From positions 1-26,983 of the forward strand of contig JANNXQ010000280.1 of the NCBI GenBank assembly GCA_031409655.1: a DNA stretch of 26,983 bases, given 5' to 3'. Shown one piece after another: positions 8,154 to 15,707 of the stretch. Below the pieces are notes generated by a model. It searched no databases and was not told the origin of the DNA. It worked only from the letters and a program-made list of their open reading frames with translations. The position numbers and the translations under genes are program-made. Source of the DNA: Chthoniobacteraceae bacterium. GTDB lineage: Bacteria; Verrucomicrobiota; Verrucomicrobiia; Chthoniobacterales; Chthoniobacteraceae. Positions within the stretch are counted from its first letter, which is position 1; every line of letters starts with the position of its first letter.

Positions 8154-8927
8154 TCAGCGAGGAGGTTTTTCCGGAGGCGGATTATAGACCCGCTCGGCAG
8201 GAGGGATACTCAATTTCTGCTGCAAGGTGTCGAGCCACTTGAGGAGCGTGGGCAGATGCTCGTCTTCGCTCTTCAGGAAAAGGGCGCGCATGATCTCGTA
8301 GGCCGCGCGCTCGTGGCCGGGGCATTGGGCGAGTTCGTAGGCAGCGAAACGCTGGGCATACATCGGTGCCTTGGGGAGCGCGGCGCACTGCGCATAGGCC
8401 CAGGCGGCTTTGCAGTGGTCGTTCAGTTTGTCCCGATAGACCACGCCGAGCATGTCGTAGAGACGGGTGCTCTCGGGGTTGTTGGCGATGCCTTCGAGGA
8501 GGTAATTTTCGCCGGTCTTGATGAACTCGCGGGCCGCGCGCAGCCGGAGCGCGGCGCGGGGTTGCTGGCGATTTTCCAGCGCGGCGACGCTGGCATTGTG
8601 CGTCAGGTGCCAGGCGGACATTTCCCAGAAAAGGACGCAGCGCGGCTGGAGCGAAGTGACGATGTCGAAGTCGAGTTTCATCCGCGCCCAATCGACGCGC
8701 TCCCAAGCCGTCTGCGCGTGAATCCAGAAGCCATCCGCGACGATCGCGCGGAAGCCGCTGAGCGCGGCGACGAAGCCGAGCTGCCCGAGCTGCTGCCGCA
8801 TCGAGAGATCGACCTGCCCCTTGCGCAAGCCCACGGCGTGATGCGCCTTTGCGAGGGCGGACTCGATGGGCAGCCGCACCGCGCCGAAGACGAGCAGACC
8901 GAGCACCGTGAGCGCCGCGCGTTTCAT
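8154..8927 (-). CDS. Hypothetical alpha-helical (TPR-like) protein with N-terminal anchor, putative ABC-transporter accessory (257 aa)
   Basis: ATG at 8927 (MKRAALTVLGLLVFGAVRLP); LSGFRAIVADGFWI; TPR-like LLEGIANNPESTRLYDMLGVVY. The track's longer N-terminus reads through a repeat element. Confidence 0.75.
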   Translation of the reverse strand: MKRAALTVLGLLVFGAVRLPIESALAKAHHAVGLRKGQVDLSMRQQLGQLGFVAALSGFRAIVADGFWIHAQTAWERVDWARMKLDFDIVTSLQPRCVLFWEMSAWHLTHNASVAALENRQQPRAALRLRAAREFIKTGENYLLEGIANNPESTRLYDMLGVVYRDKLNDHCKAAWAYAQCAALPKAPMYAQRFAAYELAQCPGHERAAYEIMRALFLKSEDEHLPTLLKWLDTLQQKLSIPPAERVYNPPPEKPPR

Positions 8928-8938
8928 CGGAAAGCAGT

Positions 8939-9059
8939 CCTGGGAGCGCCGCCGTCCTCGTGCGGCAACCTTCCAAGCAGGCGCAGCCTCACCTTCATTG
9001 CGAGCGTGCTGCGCACGGTTTGTTTTTCGATGCCGCCCGGGGACGGCGGCGCTCCCAGG
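8939..9059. repeat. REP-doublet/MITE-like palindromic element
   Basis: 29-nt inverted repeats at 8939-8967 (CCTGGGAGCGCCGCCGTCCTCGTGCGGCA) and 9031-9059 with 2 mismatches. A second copy of the arm lies at 26894. Confidence 0.9.
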
Positions 9060-9069
9060 GGACGCGTCT

Positions 9070-9957
9070 TCACAGCTCCTTATTTTGAAAGAGGAAATAA
9101 CCGGCAAGGAAATAGACGGCGATGTAGGTCACGCCGAGAGCGACAGTCCTGCCGAAAATCGCCAGCGGCAGCGCGGCCCCGGCGGCGATGTCATCGACCA
9201 CATTGAAGATCTGGAGATCCGGAAAGATCAGCGCGACGAAGGCGAGGAAGGTCTTCGTGACCGCGCCGACATTGGCCCCTTGCAGCCAGTAGTCGCGCGC
9301 GATGGCCTGCACGTGGCCGATGAAATACACGACCACCGAAACCATGATGGTGAAGATGGTGGTGCTCGCGAAGGTCGAGAGGAAGAGGGTGAGCGAGGCG
9401 CAGAGCGCGGCCTTCAGGTAGATGAAAACGATGCCGGGGATGAGGTTCCAATTAAAGGTACTCGCGCGCACCGCGGCGATGGCGTCGGCCAGCTCGGCGG
9501 GCGGCATGTCTTGCAGCGCGGCGATGGCACCCTGCTCGCGGTAGTAAAGGACGATGCCGAAAAGCGCGGACATGAGTGCAGTGGCGATGAAGAGCAGCGC
9601 GAGCACGCCGAGCAACTTCCCCAGCAGATACTCGAGTCGCGGCACCGGCTTCGCGAGGATGGTGTAGAGCGTGCGCTCCTCGATGTCCTTTGGCAGGAGC
9701 AGCGCCGTGGAGAGCACCGCGAGCAGCCAGGTGAAGATGGACATGGCGCCGAGAGCCACGTCTTTGAGCACCTGGAATTGCTCCTGAAAACTGAACTTCA
9801 CCAGAAACGCCGAGCTGCCGATGATGAGCAGCGCGAAGAGCAGCATGAAGTAGAAGACCTTCAGCCGGATGAGTTCGAGGAGGGTATTCGCCGCGATGGC
9901 GGTGATCCGCGCGGGGGAGAAAAGCCGGTGCTGGGTGGCGGCGGGCGCGTCGCTCAT
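9070..9957 (-). CDS. ABC-2 type transporter permease (PilI-like, 295 aa)
   Basis: ATG at 9957; AIAANTLLELIRLKVFY and KDIEERTLYTILAKPVPRLEYLLGKLLG; about six TM segments. Confidence 0.9.
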   Translation of the reverse strand: MSDAPAATQHRLFSPARITAIAANTLLELIRLKVFYFMLLFALLIIGSSAFLVKFSFQEQFQVLKDVALGAMSIFTWLLAVLSTALLLPKDIEERTLYTILAKPVPRLEYLLGKLLGVLALLFIATALMSALFGIVLYYREQGAIAALQDMPPAELADAIAAVRASTFNWNLIPGIVFIYLKAALCASLTLFLSTFASTTIFTIMVSVVVYFIGHVQAIARDYWLQGANVGAVTKTFLAFVALIFPDLQIFNVVDDIAAGAALPLAIFGRTVALGVTYIAVYFLAGYFLFQNKEL

Positions 9958-9967
9958 AGCCAGGGAG

Positions 9968-10072
9968 TGAACATCGAACATCGAACGTCGAACACTGAAC
10001 ATCGAACAAGGCAGTTGGCGCCCGGACGCTTCGTTCGATGTTCGATGTTCAATGTTCGAAGTTCGATGTTCA
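9968..10072. repeat. Inverted pair of heptamer tandem arrays (GAACATC)n...(GTTCGAT)n forming a long hairpin
   Basis: Arms 9968-10007 and 10033-10072 (40 nt each, 5 mismatches), 25-nt spacer. Confidence 0.95.
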
Positions 10073-10924
10073 TTTCTTCCCGCTCCCTCCCGTCACCTCC
10101 AGAAAGTACCTCTCCAGCGTCGTCTGCGGTTTCCTTTCCTCCACGATCTTCGCCCCACCACGCGCCGCTGCCGCCCGCACTTCGGCGAGCAGTTCCGGCG
10201 TCGCATTTTCCAGGATCAGCTCCGTCTGGGAACTGATCGAGATCAGATCGTCGAGCGCGCCTTCGCGCACCAGCCGGCCCTCGTGCAGGATGCCGATGCG
10301 GTCGCAGATCTCCTGCACCTGGCTGAGCAAATGCGAGCAGAGTAGCACCGTGATGCCGCGCTGACGGAAGCCGAGGATGAGATCGCGGATCTCGCGCGAG
10401 CCCGCGGGATCGACCCCTGCCGTCGGCTCATCGAGCACCAGCAACCGCGGCTCCTGGACCAGCGCCTGCGCCAGGCCGATGCGTTGTAACATGCCTTTCG
10501 AGTAACCGCCGATCCGCCGATCCGCCGCATTCTCCAGCCCCACGAGATGCAGCAGTTCCTTCGCGCGATCCCGGAGCTTCGCCCCGCGCAGCCCGCACAA
10601 TTTTCCGTAGAAAAGCAACGTCTCCATTCCGGTGAGGAACTTGTAAAAGTAGGGATTCTCCGGGAGAAAGCCGACATCCTCGCGGCTCTCGACCGTCGTC
10701 GAATCGCGCCCGAAAATTTCCGTCCGCCCGGAAGTCGGCGAGACCAGCCCGAGCACGATCTTCATCGTCGTCGATTTCCCCGACCCATTCGGCCCGAGCA
10801 GCCCATAGACGTGCCCCGCCTCGACGTTGAGCGAGAGATCCTGCACCGCGATCACCTTCTCCCGCCGGAAGGGGATCGGGTAAATCTTCGTGAGATTCTG
10901 GATGGAGATGGCGAGGGTGGGCAT
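10070..10924 (-). CDS. ABC transporter ATP-binding protein (ABC-2/DrrA class, PilH-like, 284 aa)
   Basis: Walker A GPNGSGKST, signature YSKGMLQR, Walker B LLVLDEPT, H-loop SHLL; start placed at ATG 10924 (MPTLAISIQNLTK). Confidence 0.95.
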   Translation of the reverse strand: MPTLAISIQNLTKIYPIPFRREKVIAVQDLSLNVEAGHVYGLLGPNGSGKSTTMKIVLGLVSPTSGRTEIFGRDSTTVESREDVGFLPENPYFYKFLTGMETLLFYGKLCGLRGAKLRDRAKELLHLVGLENAADRRIGGYSKGMLQRIGLAQALVQEPRLLVLDEPTAGVDPAGSREIRDLILGFRQRGITVLLCSHLLSQVQEICDRIGILHEGRLVREGALDDLISISSQTELILENATPELLAEVRAAAARGGAKIVEERKPQTTLERYFLEVTGGSGKK

Positions 10925-10979
10925 CAGGGTCGGGGCGATTCTGTTCGCGAATTGCAGACGCCGCAATCGGCGTGTGCGT

Positions 10980-11252
10980 TCAGTTGGCGATCTCGAATCC
11001 GCGGACGCCGACGAGGGGCGGGATCGGGGTGGCCGTGACTTTGCGAATGTGCGCCTTCAGTTCGCTCTCGGTGATGGCTTTGAGAAAGGCAGCGACTTCC
11101 TCGGCTTCGCCGCTGCACTGCAACTCGACGCGGCCATCCGGAAGATTGCGCACCAAGCCAACAACGTCGTAGCCGCGCGCGATATTTTTGCAGGTGTAGC
11201 GGAAGCCGACTCCCTGGACTCGTCCTTCGTAGAGAATGTGGCGACCAGTCAT
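10980..11252 (-). CDS. acyP: Acylphosphatase (90 aa)
   Basis: GRVQGVGFR and GLVRNLPDGRVE signatures; ATG at 11252. Confidence 0.95.
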   Translation of the reverse strand: MTGRHILYEGRVQGVGFRYTCKNIARGYDVVGLVRNLPDGRVELQCSGEAEEVAAFLKAITESELKAHIRKVTATPIPPLVGVRGFEIAN

Positions 11253-11387
11253 GGGGCGGATGGCATGGGAATACGCAAGCGGAGGCCGACCCTCAATCCC
11301 GAACACGCACCGGCTCCGGCTACGCCTGGCGCGCTTCATTTGCTAGGCGGATGGCGAGTGGTTGTGAGTCGGCGAGTAGATGGAAAG

Positions 11388-11430
11388 TCGTCCTCGTCCT
11401 CGATCTGCGAGCTGTCGAGGACGAGGACGA
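11388..11430. repeat. Perfect 16-bp inverted repeat built from hexamers (GTCCTC/GAGGAC)
   Basis: TCGTCCTCGTCCTCGA (11388-11403), 11-nt loop, TCGAGGACGAGGACGA (11415-11430). Confidence 0.9.
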
Positions 11431-11519
11431 GTGGGAGCCCGGCACGAGCCGACGCTCCTGGCGCGACGCGTGGAGGAAAATCCCTTCACCCTGCGGCCTC
11501 CGTCGCACATCCTCTGCGC

Positions 11520-12236
11520 ATGGCCTTCCACATTGATCTGCACTGCCATTCGTTTTTCTCGGGGGATGGCGTGAGCAGCCCCGAGGAAAACATCGCCAGC
11601 GCCCGGGCGAAGGGCCTGCATGGTTTTGCGCTCACGGATCACAACACTTCGGACGGCTGCCGCCACCTGCTCGATCAGGGCCTGATGCGGGAGGACGGGC
11701 AACCGGTGGATGGTTTCCTGATCGTACCGGGCGCGGAGATCACGACGGCCGAGGGGCACCTGCTCTGCCTCGGCGTGCTGCTGCCAAATAATCTCAAGGG
11801 CACGCCCGCGGCGGAGATTTGCAAGATCGTCCACGACCTGAATGGGATCACCATCCCGCCACACCCTTACGATCTTTTCCGCGCGGGGATCCGGGAAGCG
11901 GTGCTCGATACGCTGGAGATCGATGCGCTGGAGGTTTTCAACGCCGCGACCACCTTCAAGCGCTACAACCGGCTGGCTTTTGAATACGCCACGCAGCGCG
12001 GCTTGCCGATGACCGCGGGGAGCGACGCGCACCATGCCGCGGCGATGGGCACGGCTTTCACGATTCTCAACACCGATGATTTCTCCACCCGCGGCATCCT
12101 CGATCAGGTCAAAAAAGGAACCGAACTGAACCAGCGCTACCTCTCGCGGAAGGACGCCCTGCGCAAAACGTGGAACAACTGGCTGCGCCTGCGCCGCAAG
12201 CGAGTGCATCGGCCCGAAGGCGGCGGCGAAAGCTGA
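11520..12236 (+). CDS. PHP-domain metal-dependent phosphoesterase (238 aa)
   Basis: IDLHCHS, LTDHN, GAEITT, GHLL, PPHP, LEVFN and GSDAH motifs; ATG at 11520. Confidence 0.93.
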   Translation: MAFHIDLHCHSFFSGDGVSSPEENIASARAKGLHGFALTDHNTSDGCRHLLDQGLMREDGQPVDGFLIVPGAEITTAEGHLLCLGVLLPNNLKGTPAAEICKIVHDLNGITIPPHPYDLFRAGIREAVLDTLEIDALEVFNAATTFKRYNRLAFEYATQRGLPMTAGSDAHHAAAMGTAFTILNTDDFSTRGILDQVKKGTELNQRYLSRKDALRKTWNNWLRLRRKRVHRPEGGGES

Positions 12237-12246
12237 CGATGGTCAG

Positions 12247-13218
12247 TCAGCGCGTTTTCTTGCGGATCGTCGGCGCCGGCGTCGCTGGCGTCGCTGGCGG
12301 CGGACGATCCTTGTAGAAGAGCACGCCGGAGCGGCGCAGATTGGCGATGAGCGTGCGGAGATTTTCCGCCGTCTCGCGGTCGGAGAGCATCATCCCGAGC
12401 GCGCCATCGCCGCGATCGGCCTTGGCAAAGAGGCTCTTGGCGCTGTCCGCAGCCTTGGTCGCGGAGTCGGCCATCTTGCGGAAGTCGCCGATCGCGACTT
12501 TCAGGTCGCCGGCGGTGCCGTCGATCGTCTTCATCGTGCCTTGCGCGGAGGTGACCACGCTTTCCGTCTTGGTCATCACGCCTTCCAGCTTTTTCGCGGT
12601 GTCCGCAAATTCCTTCGAGGTCGAACTGAGGTTCTCAAAGGTGACTTCGATGTTCTTGAGATTCTTTTCCGTGAGGAGCCGTTGATTGATGCTCTCCGTC
12701 GCGACCTTCAGGGCATCGAGTTCCGCGCTCACCTTCTTGAGAATGTCACGGTTCAGCGTGTCCATCATCTCCGTGCCTTTGCTCGTGAGATCGTCGATGC
12801 CGGTGCTGCGCGACCCGGCGATCTCTTCGCCCGGCTTGGCGAAATCGGCCTCCGTGAAGGTCTGCGGCGTATTCACATCCACATACGAGTCGCCGAGGAG
12901 GCCAGTGGTCCGGATCTGGAAATAGGAACTGCGCGGGATCTTTACATCGGCGCGGATGCGCAGCCTGACCTTCACGGCATAGGTGCCGCTCGCCAGCTCC
13001 GGAAGCGCCGCGACATTGCCAATGCTCGCCCCGGAGAGCAGCACTTCGGAGCCCTTTAAGACGCCGCTGGCGTTGGGAAATTGGACCGTGATCTCATAGG
13101 ACTCCTGCATCGCCTGCCCGAGCCGGCCAAACATCACCACCATGACCGCGATCGCACTGAAGCCCGCCAGCAGGAACAATCCGACGAGGAATTCGACGCC
13201 CTTCTTTTCAGTACTCAT
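12247..13218 (-). CDS. mlaD: MlaD/MCE-family lipid transport substrate-binding protein with long helical extension
   Basis: N-terminal TM (VGLFLLAG), MCE domain FPNASGVLKGSEVLLSG...TTGLLGDSYVDV, coiled-coil, GDGALGMML; downstream of mlaE and mlaF. Confidence 0.9.
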   Translation of the reverse strand: MSTEKKGVEFLVGLFLLAGFSAIAVMVVMFGRLGQAMQESYEITVQFPNASGVLKGSEVLLSGASIGNVAALPELASGTYAVKVRLRIRADVKIPRSSYFQIRTTGLLGDSYVDVNTPQTFTEADFAKPGEEIAGSRSTGIDDLTSKGTEMMDTLNRDILKKVSAELDALKVATESINQRLLTEKNLKNIEVTFENLSSTSKEFADTAKKLEGVMTKTESVVTSAQGTMKTIDGTAGDLKVAIGDFRKMADSATKAADSAKSLFAKADRGDGALGMMLSDRETAENLRTLIANLRRSGVLFYKDRPPPATPATPAPTIRKKTR

Positions 13219-13221
13219 CGA

Positions 13222-13959
13222 TCAATCAGACTCCCCGGAGCGCCCTTGAATAAAGTCCTGCACCACGGAGTCGGGCGAACTGCGCAGTTCGTCCACGGTG
13301 CCGACGAAGTAGATCCGCCCTTCGTGGAGAAAGGCGATCCGGTCGCCAGTATGAAAAGCGGTATGCATGTCGTGAGTGACGACCACGGATGTCACTTGGA
13401 GACGCCTTTGCAAGCGTCGAATCAAGTGATTGATCGAGTCGGAGGTGATGGGATCGAGCCCCGTCGTCGGTTCATCGTAGAGGATGCAGGCGGGCCGGGA
13501 GACGATCGTCCGCGCGAGCCCCACCCGCTTTCTCATGCCGCCGCTCAGGTTCTCCGGCATCTTCTTTTCCGCCCCGAGCAGCTCCACCATATCGAGGGCT
13601 TCATGGACGCGCTCCTCGATCACTTTGCGATCGCGCAGCCCGATCTCGCGCAGCGGAAAAGCGATGTTCTGCTCAACACTCATGGAGTCAAAAAGCGCCC
13701 CGCTCTGGAAGAGCATCCCGACCTTTTTGCGGACCGCACCAAGCTTCCGCTCCGGCAACCCGGCGATCTCCTCCCCTTCGATGAGCACATGTCCCGAGGT
13801 CGGCTGGAGGAGCCCGATGAAATGCTTCAGCAGCACGCTCTTCCCACACCCCGAGCGGCCCATGATGACGCACGTCTCGCCTTTCGTGATCTCAAGATTC
13901 ACGCCGCGCAGCACCTCCTGAGTGCCAAGCGTCTTGTGCAGGTCGGAGACGGTGATCAT
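13222..13959 (-). CDS. mlaF: MlaF/Mkl-family ABC ATPase
   Basis: GRSGCGKS, LFQSGALFDSM, LSGGMRKRVGLAR, YDEPTTGLDP, VTHD. Confidence 0.93.
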   Translation of the reverse strand: MITVSDLHKTLGTQEVLRGVNLEITKGETCVIMGRSGCGKSVLLKHFIGLLQPTSGHVLIEGEEIAGLPERKLGAVRKKVGMLFQSGALFDSMSVEQNIAFPLREIGLRDRKVIEERVHEALDMVELLGAEKKMPENLSGGMRKRVGLARTIVSRPACILYDEPTTGLDPITSDSINHLIRRLQRRLQVTSVVVTHDMHTAFHTGDRIAFLHEGRIYFVGTVDELRSSPDSVVQDFIQGRSGESD

Positions 13960-14813
13960 CCGGCGGGGAAAATCATGTTCAGCGCAAAGGTGAGGAAGAA
14001 ATTCACGATCAGAATGCTCAGCGAACTGATCACGATCGCCTCCGTCGGCGCCCGGCCCACGCCCACCGCGCCTTCCTTCGCATTGAGCCCCTGATGACAG
14101 CTCACGATGGCGATGATCACCGCGAAGCAGAAGCCCTTCACCAGCGCCATCTTGATGTCCCGCATACCGGTGTAGCGGACCATATTCGTAATGAAATAGG
14201 GCGCGCTGATATCCAGAAGCTGCGTGCCCACCAGGTAGCTGGCGAAGAGCGCCAGAGCCACGCTTTCCGCGACGAGGAGAGGCATCGAGATGAGCAGCGC
14301 GAGCACCCGAGGGACGATCAGGTAATCGACCGGATGGACGCCGAGCGCGCGGAGGGCATCAATCTGTTCGGTGACCTTCATCGTGCCGATCTCCGCTGCG
14401 ATCGAGGCGCCGACGCGCCCCGCCACCATCAGGCCGGTCATCGTCGGGCCGAGTTCGCGGAAGACCGAGACGGAGACCACCGAACCCACCGCCGTGGCCA
14501 TGCCGAGCTTGGAAAATTGAAAGAAAGTCTGCGCCGTGAGCACCGCGCCGGTGAACATCCCGGTGACGATGACCACCGTCTGCGAACGGAAACCGATCTC
14601 CGCGATCTGCCGCAGGAGCAGCCCCCAGCGAAACGGCGCGACGATGATCGAGACCACCGTATCGACGGCCAGCATCGCGAGTTCGCCAAGGTAGCCGACG
14701 AAGGAGAGCGCAATCTTCCCCGGGGCCATGATTAGGCGGGCGAGCGGGAATTTTTCGAGTGCGCCGAGGCGTGCGGTCGGGGATGAAGGGTCGCCTTGGG
14801 GCTTCGTCAGCAT
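13956..14813 (-). CDS. mlaE: MlaE-family ABC permease (start uncertain: ATG 14813 or ATG 14729)
   Basis: RELGPTMTGLMVAGRVGASIAAEIGTMKVTEQIDAL, GAVGVGRA; ATGA overlap with mlaF. Confidence 0.93.
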   Translation of the reverse strand: MLTKPQGDPSSPTARLGALEKFPLARLIMAPGKIALSFVGYLGELAMLAVDTVVSIIVAPFRWGLLLRQIAEIGFRSQTVVIVTGMFTGAVLTAQTFFQFSKLGMATAVGSVVSVSVFRELGPTMTGLMVAGRVGASIAAEIGTMKVTEQIDALRALGVHPVDYLIVPRVLALLISMPLLVAESVALALFASYLVGTQLLDISAPYFITNMVRYTGMRDIKMALVKGFCFAVIIAIVSCHQGLNAKEGAVGVGRAPTEAIVISSLSILIVNFFLTFALNMIFPAG

Positions 14814-15020
14814 GAGAAGGCGGGAAGCTAGGCACTGCCGTTGAGGTTGTCCACCGTGCCCGCGCCGCAATCGTCCGGCCGGTGTGATGGCCACGATACC
14901 TGCCCAAATTTACCAGGCACGGGTGCGCTGTGTTCGATCTCTCTACCTCCCTTGAGATGCCTCGAAAAATGCCATGGCCACCTCGAGATCGGCCGAACCC
15001 AACGTCTAGGTCCTAAAAAA

Positions 15021-15096
15021 TGGAGCGGGTGAAGAGACTCGAACTCTCGACATCTTCCTTGGCAAGGAAGTGCTCTACCAACTGAGCTACACCCGC
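15021..15096 (-). tRNA. tRNA-Gly (anticodon GCC)
   Basis: Reverse complement GCGGGTGTAGCTCAGTTGGTAGAGCACTTCCTTGCCAAGGAAGATGTCGAGAGTTCGAGTCTCTTCACCCGCTCCA: 76 nt, canonical cloverleaf, encoded CCA. Confidence 0.98.
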
Positions 15097-15119
15097 ATGT
15101 TCGCAGACGAACGGGCGGG

Positions 15120-15148
15120 AAACTATTTAGGAGGCCCCCGGGAAGCAA
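15120..15148 (-). promoter_or_regulatory. Sigma70-type promoter of tRNA-Gly
   Basis: TTGCTT-N17-TAGTTT, preceded by an A-tract and followed by a GC-rich discriminator (CCCGCCC), 23 nt upstream of the tRNA. Confidence 0.65.
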
Positions 15149-15235
15149 GGGTTTTTTCCGGCAAGGTCCTTGGGGTCGCCGAAATGGCTCAGGCGGGCCT
15201 CGCCACCGCCGCCAGAGGCAGGCCGGGAGAATTCC

Positions 15236-15264
15236 TTGGACAATCGAAGGCTCCTGCATACCCT
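15236..15264 (+). promoter_or_regulatory. Possible sigma70-type promoter of yajC-secDF
   Basis: TTGGAC-N17-TACCCT, 59 nt upstream of the yajC ATG. Confidence 0.45.
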
Positions 15265-15277
15265 TCCGCTCCCTTTC

Positions 15278-15317
15278 GCCCGGGGGGCTTCCGCTGCCTC
15301 TGGGACGGGCTTTTTTT
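15278..15317 (+). terminator. Terminator-like GC hairpin plus T7 immediately upstream of yajC
   Basis: GCCCG-GGGGGC...GCCTCT-GGGA-CGGGC followed by TTTTTTT; the stem contains a bulge and G-U pairs. Confidence 0.35.
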
Positions 15318-15323
15318 AGCACC

Positions 15324-15641
15324 ATGATTTTGCTCTCCATCGTCACTCTCGCCCAGCAAACCACACCCTCGCCGCAACAGGGGATTGGCAGCATGCTCGT
15401 GCCGTTCATCTGCATCGGCGTCATCTTCTACTTCCTCATTCTGCGTCCGCAGAAACAGCAGCAGAAGAAGCTCACCGAGATGGTGGCGGCTTTGAAGACG
15501 GGCGACAAGGTCGTGACCTCGGGCGGGATCCACGGGATCATCGCCAACGTGAAGGACGGGGCCACGCTCATCCTCAAGGTGGACGATAACTCCCGGATGG
15601 AGGTCGATAAGGCATCCATCGCGACGATCAAGAAGGAGTAG
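15324..15641 (+). CDS. yajC: Preprotein translocase subunit YajC
   Basis: IFYFLILRPQKQQQK...LKTGDKVVTSGGIHGII; adjacent to secDF. Confidence 0.97.
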   Translation: MILLSIVTLAQQTTPSPQQGIGSMLVPFICIGVIFYFLILRPQKQQQKKLTEMVAALKTGDKVVTSGGIHGIIANVKDGATLILKVDDNSRMEVDKASIATIKKE

Positions 15642-15677
15642 CGCGGCGCCGGTGAGCGCCCGCGGCTTCAGTTTCAG

Positions 15678-15707
15678 AATTTCCAATTCCTTAATTCCTC
15701 ATTCCCG
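15678..15707 (+). repeat. Degenerate single-armed (AATTCCT)-type heptamer array abutting the secDF start
   Basis: AATTTCC-AATTCCTT-AATTCCTC-ATTCCCG then ATG; period 7-8, AT-rich in a GC-rich background. Confidence 0.55.

Noticed and set aside
7320..10072. Repeat arrays as CRISPR
   Set aside because: They are tandem 7-mers in inverted pairs with no repeat-spacer alternation, and no cas genes are present.
11327..11344. Sigma54 promoter TGGCGCG...TTGCT
   Set aside because: GG-to-GC spacing is 12 nt rather than the required 10.
10890..11519. 210-aa N-terminal extension of the PHP protein
   Set aside because: It is antisense to acyP and reads through a repeat hairpin; the PHP motif begins right after ATG 11520.
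14814..15096. tRNA-Gly as an integration site for a genomic island
   Set aside because: No integrase and no duplicated tRNA 3' end seen; flanking genes are housekeeping.
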